A DNA stretch of 61,050 bases, the filler included, from Circinaria calcarea (lineage: Eukaryota): NCBI GenBank assembly GCA_051942165.1. It is 16 parts of 16 records of this genome, joined end to end, with 100 filler letters (N's around TTAATTAATTAA, not from the genome) between each part and the next. Parts side by side here need not be neighbours in the genome. Positions count along the whole stretch, not along the records: positions 57,351 to 61,050 come from JAVECS010002661.1; 15 more parts are not named here. One strand, 5' to 3'. Within the stretch, counting starts at the first letter, position 1. The number at the start of each line of letters is the position of its first letter. A program made the position numbers and the translations under genes. This document shows, one piece after another, positions 57,351 to 61,050 of this stretch. The notes beneath the pieces were generated by a model. The model worked only from the letters and a program-made list of their open reading frames with translations. It searched no databases and was not told the DNA's origin.

Positions 57351-60182
57351 CCAGAAACCGGTGACGAGGTTTACGAAGTTCACGAAACATATTTACACTC
57401 ACGCCCGCAACGCCAGCAGCGTCGCCAAATATCACAGATTCACTCCCGGCCCTCGAGCTCTTCGGGAAGCACACGTACACTTCGAAGAACACCCAAGTTC
57501 GAAGAGCGGAACGCTCCCCATCGACAAGCTCCTTCCATTCCCACCCTCGATCGGCGCAATACAAATCCACCGGGAGGTCAATCTTTCCAGCTACCTGATC
57601 TACCGTTCAGCGACGAGGGTGGTGGATCTACAACACCAAGATCCAATCGGCAACCTTCTCCTGAAGCGTCATACTGGCCACGCAGGAGCACGCGCATTTC
57701 GAGACGTACAGCATCTGCTATACTTTACGCCCTTGAGGTCGCCATCAGAACACCATTTCTCTTTTCACCTGACACAGTCGAAGAAACCGCGTTGATGTCG
57801 GATCTAGCGGGCGCTAGACCTATACCTACGTCTACTGGTACCGGTCGGACTCAGAATGGCGGATCTCGAGCAGCTGCTGGACCGGTTCCGGTTTCCCAGA
57901 ATCCTACACCGCGTGCCATGACACCGAGGGAGGTTATGAGACAACGGGAAGACAGAGTGGCCAGAAAGAAGGCAGAGAGTGAAGCCAGACAAAGGGAACA
58001 GGAAGCAAAGGAAGAAGAGGCATTGCGGGAAAAAGCACGATTGAATGCCGAGAGAAGGGATCTAGCTGCTGGCGTTGCGGTGGGAGGTGATGCTGGAGGG
58101 GAGGGGTCCGGAAATCGAAGAACACGAGTTCAATCCGGTGCGAGGGTATCCGGAGGTGAGTTACCAATCCCTCAGAGCACTGGATTAGAGAGAAGACGGA
58201 GCGACCGAGAAAGTGGTACTACGTCTCGAGTCAACCCAAACGCAGGGAATCAGCCTAGCACATATGTTCCTGCAGGTGCCCGCCCTCAAGAGCCGTTGAG
58301 TGTGCCACGCGCGGTGGCAGAGAACAGTAGCTTGCCGCAACCTTCCTCGGCGAGAACTAGAGGCGCTTCGGTGTCGCAAACACAGCCGAGACCGATCCAA
58401 CCTCAGACCTCTCGTGCAGCATCTGCCACATATAGCGCCGCACCACAGCCATCACAAACCAGGTTGACCTCGGCAGCGGGAGCAACCAATCAAGCCCAAG
58501 CAGGTCCATCTGCAGCTCCGTCTACTTCACAGCGACCTCAGCCTACGCAATCTGTAGGGGGTGATCAACCGCGGAATGCGACCGCATCATCCTTTCCTCA
58601 CGCTTTTGAAAGATGGGAAACGCTTTCTTCTCACTGGGAAGGTTTGACATCTTACTGGATCAGAAGGCTCGAGGGTAACAGCGACGAGATGAACCGAGAG
58701 CCCCTTAATCAGCAATTAGCTCGCCAAGTCACTGATCTTTCGGCCGCTGGAGCTAATCTCTTCCATGCTGTTGTTGAACTGCAAAGGTTACGGGCATCAT
58801 CGGAACGTAAATTCCAACGATGGTTTTTCGAGACACGAGCAGAACAAGAAAAGTCACGGGAGAAGATAGCTGAATTGGAAAACGCGCTACGAACGGAACG
58901 GAAAGCTCGTGCGGATGCTGCGTCCAGTGCGACCCTGGTGGAGACGGAAAAAGCATCAGCAGAACAGGTGAGGAGTAATGCGGAGCAAATGGTCAAGGAA
59001 ATGAGACGAGAACTTCAGATTTCAAAAGAAGAGGCTAGACGAGCGTGGGAAGAATTAGGTCGGAGGGCGCAGGAAGAACGTGAGCGTACGGCATCATTGC
59101 AAAAGGGCGAGCCTACTCTTGTTGGTGATGTTCAGGTTGTACCACTGCTGCAAGGAGCCGCAGCCAGGCAAACCAGTACAAATCGGCCACCGGCTCGAGA
59201 CGGACCTCTCCCTGGTGACACCGGTACTCTAACAGGGAATCCTGCTCTGACAGGGAATCCTACACGACCACGGCAAGAGGAATTCGTCGAGAGTCCAAGG
59301 GAAGGTGAAGTCGGTTTTACCAACTACGATCCGACCAGATCCGAGACTGACACCGATCCATTTATTGAGGGTGGTCGTGAAGCCTCTCGTCCTGATGTGC
59401 CACCTCCCCCGGGTACGATATCACAATCTCACCAACAAACATCAAATCCGTCTTCTGCGGCAGTCCAGGCGTCGAGAGCACTACATTCCAATCCACCACA
59501 ACGAGCTAACCCCCCAGTCGCCTCATCCACTCCAGCATCTAATGGAGGTGGTACGTATCTTTCCTACGGCCCAGAAGGTGCCGTCATCCCACCCACCGGT
59601 CCAGGCTCATTCTACCAACACCAAGATACGGCTCTCCTTCCTGAAGAAGCCGCTCATCCGCGAATGACGGAGGCCGACGAGCGTTCTTACGTGCAGTCCG
59701 CCAACGATACCATTAGCGAAGAAGAATACGAATACAACGAGCGGGGTGAAATACGTACCGATGCGGAAGGCAACCCGCTGATCTACCGGGGCGACCCGGG
59801 CAGCGAAGACAGCGACGAGTACGACGTCCAGGATCAGCTGGAGCAGGAACGCATCAACCGGCAACGATACGGCCAGACCGCCTTAAGTGGCGTCGAGTAC
59901 GGCCGCGGCTCAACGGCTACCATGGGTGGCCCGAGCAGTAGACCTAGCGGTGCAATTTTCGTTGCTAGTCCGGAGAGAGGGCAGCCGGTGGTTTATGGGC
60001 AGCCACCGGGTGGTGGAGTACCAGGTCAGTTGGTGGATTATAGCGGGAGCGGATACGGCACTGGATGGGAGGCGGTGCCGAGGCATCATCATCCGACACG
60101 GTTGAGCGATGTACTGGAGGAGGACGAGAGGAGTAGGGCTAGCCCGTCGAGAGCAAGTGAGGGGAGTCGAGGGTTCAGGTGA
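57351..60182 (+). CDS. Conserved filamentous-fungal protein of unknown function (coiled-coil core, disordered flanks; 5' truncated)
   Basis: The frame is open from the contig edge. Core SFPHAFERWETLSSHWEGLTSYWIRRL...DLSAAGANLFHAVVELQRLRASSERKFQRWFFETR and C-terminal HHHPTRLSDVLEEDE. Confidence 0.85.
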   Translation, partial: PETGDEVYEVHETYLHSRPQRQQRRQISQIHSRPSSSSGSTRTLRRTPKFEERNAPHRQAPSIPTLDRRNTNPPGGQSFQLPDLPFSDEGGGSTTPRSNRQPSPEASYWPRRSTRISRRTASAILYALEVAIRTPFLFSPDTVEETALMSDLAGARPIPTSTGTGRTQNGGSRAAAGPVPVSQNPTPRAMTPREVMRQREDRVARKKAESEARQREQEAKEEEALREKARLNAERRDLAAGVAVGGDAGGEGSGNRRTRVQSGARVSGGELPIPQSTGLERRRSDRESGTTSRVNPNAGNQPSTYVPAGARPQEPLSVPRAVAENSSLPQPSSARTRGASVSQTQPRPIQPQTSRAASATYSAAPQPSQTRLTSAAGATNQAQAGPSAAPSTSQRPQPTQSVGGDQPRNATASSFPHAFERWETLSSHWEGLTSYWIRRLEGNSDEMNREPLNQQLARQVTDLSAAGANLFHAVVELQRLRASSERKFQRWFFETRAEQEKSREKIAELENALRTERKARADAASSATLVETEKASAEQVRSNAEQMVKEMRRELQISKEEARRAWEELGRRAQEERERTASLQKGEPTLVGDVQVVPLLQGAAARQTSTNRPPARDGPLPGDTGTLTGNPALTGNPTRPRQEEFVESPREGEVGFTNYDPTRSETDTDPFIEGGREASRPDVPPPPGTISQSHQQTSNPSSAAVQASRALHSNPPQRANPPVASSTPASNGGGTYLSYGPEGAVIPPTGPGSFYQHQDTALLPEEAAHPRMTEADERSYVQSANDTISEEEYEYNERGEIRTDAEGNPLIYRGDPGSEDSDEYDVQDQLEQERINRQRYGQTALSGVEYGRGSTATMGGPSSRPSGAIFVASPERGQPVVYGQPPGGGVPGQLVDYSGSGYGTGWEAVPRHHHPTRLSDVLEEDERSRASPSRASEGSRGFR

Positions 60183-61050
60183 ATAAGAGCTTAAGGAGAG
60201 ATGATGTTTTTCGTCATCTTCGTGTTCAGTCTCCGGGATTGTAGCGTTCCCTTCATGCCCTGGCATTTGTACAGCAAAAGGTAATGGCGCTTTCTGCATG
60301 GGGAAATTTAAAGGAAAAAGCCCCGTTTATTTTCTTCCGTCGCTTTTTGGGGTGGTTGGGGAAGGGCGGGCGACTACGGTTTCCAGTTTGTGCATATCTT
60401 GTCAGCGATAGCGATAGCGAGGGTGAGGGTGATACTGGCAGAGACGGTGGTGGGGATATGGGAGAGAAAGAGAAAGACGAAGACGCAAGCGGGGCAGAGA
60501 TTCTTTGTCAGTACTTTTCAATGTACTTGAACTTAACTTTTTCTCCTTCCCCCCCCGGTCTCTGCTCTGCTCTGCCCTGAAGGAAGCAGGAAAAGGTGGA
60601 AAAACTTAGCTCTGGGTTGTAGTGTAGGTAGCTTATCTAATTCTTTTCAAATATCATTCCTGATGGTCGAGGAGAGACTGAGGTTATAGATTTTTGATGT
60701 GGATTTGATTGGTGATGTGTATGTTGATGGGTATGGGTACTCCGTACACTTTAAACCCCCCCCCCCCCCCTATCCTCATATTATAATACAATTGCAACTC
60801 ACCCCTGATCGGTGGGGTTAACTAACTGACTAATGAACCAACCACCCACCACTATCTCTGTTCCCAGCATCCCTCTTCTCCTCTTCTTCTCATCTTCTCA
60901 TCCATCCATCTACACTCTGCTCTCCATTCTCGACCTTCTCGAATCTTCTCGAACCTTCTCGAGGGGGTCATTGGGTATGGGAATGGAATTAAGTAGATTA
61001 AGTGATTGAGCTGAGCTGACGGAGGGGGGGGGTTTGGGAAGGAGGAGGAC

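Overview
This window is not one locus. It is 16 unrelated contigs of about 3.7 kb (3736 bp decreasing to 3700 bp), joined by an artificial 100-bp spacer (44 N + TTAATTAATTAA + 44 N), so adjacency across spacers means nothing. The DNA is from a filamentous ascomycete: it has short GT/GC-AG introns with CTRAC/CTAAC branch sites, HET and PTH11-like genes and RIP-like AT-rich relics. A group I intron at SSU position 114 suggests a lichen-forming fungus. About 25 genes or gene fragments are recognisable, including VAM7, SAM synthetase, POP7/Rpp20, COY1, a TOK channel, PAL, an AHL-lactonase-like MBL, GST, P450s, an O-methyltransferase and a Cas1p O-acetyltransferase. There are also two clear pseudogenes (large-subunit catalase, TRI101-like), a MITE, and a long-TIR element with a nested solo LTR. 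One contig spans a complete rDNA intergenic spacer from the 28S end to the 18S start. The highlights are: (i) a 56-aa Cys-rich CaaX peptide gene missed by the ORF track; (ii) about 50 Reb1-type TTACCCGGGGGTGAGAA boxes arrayed in the rDNA spacer; (iii) a TAC...GTA long-TIR element with a 5-bp TSD just upstream of a PAL-family gene with atypical specificity residues; (iv) a group I intron at S114 whose P1/P10 guide is readable in 19 nt. All family assignments come from remembered motifs, not from database searches.
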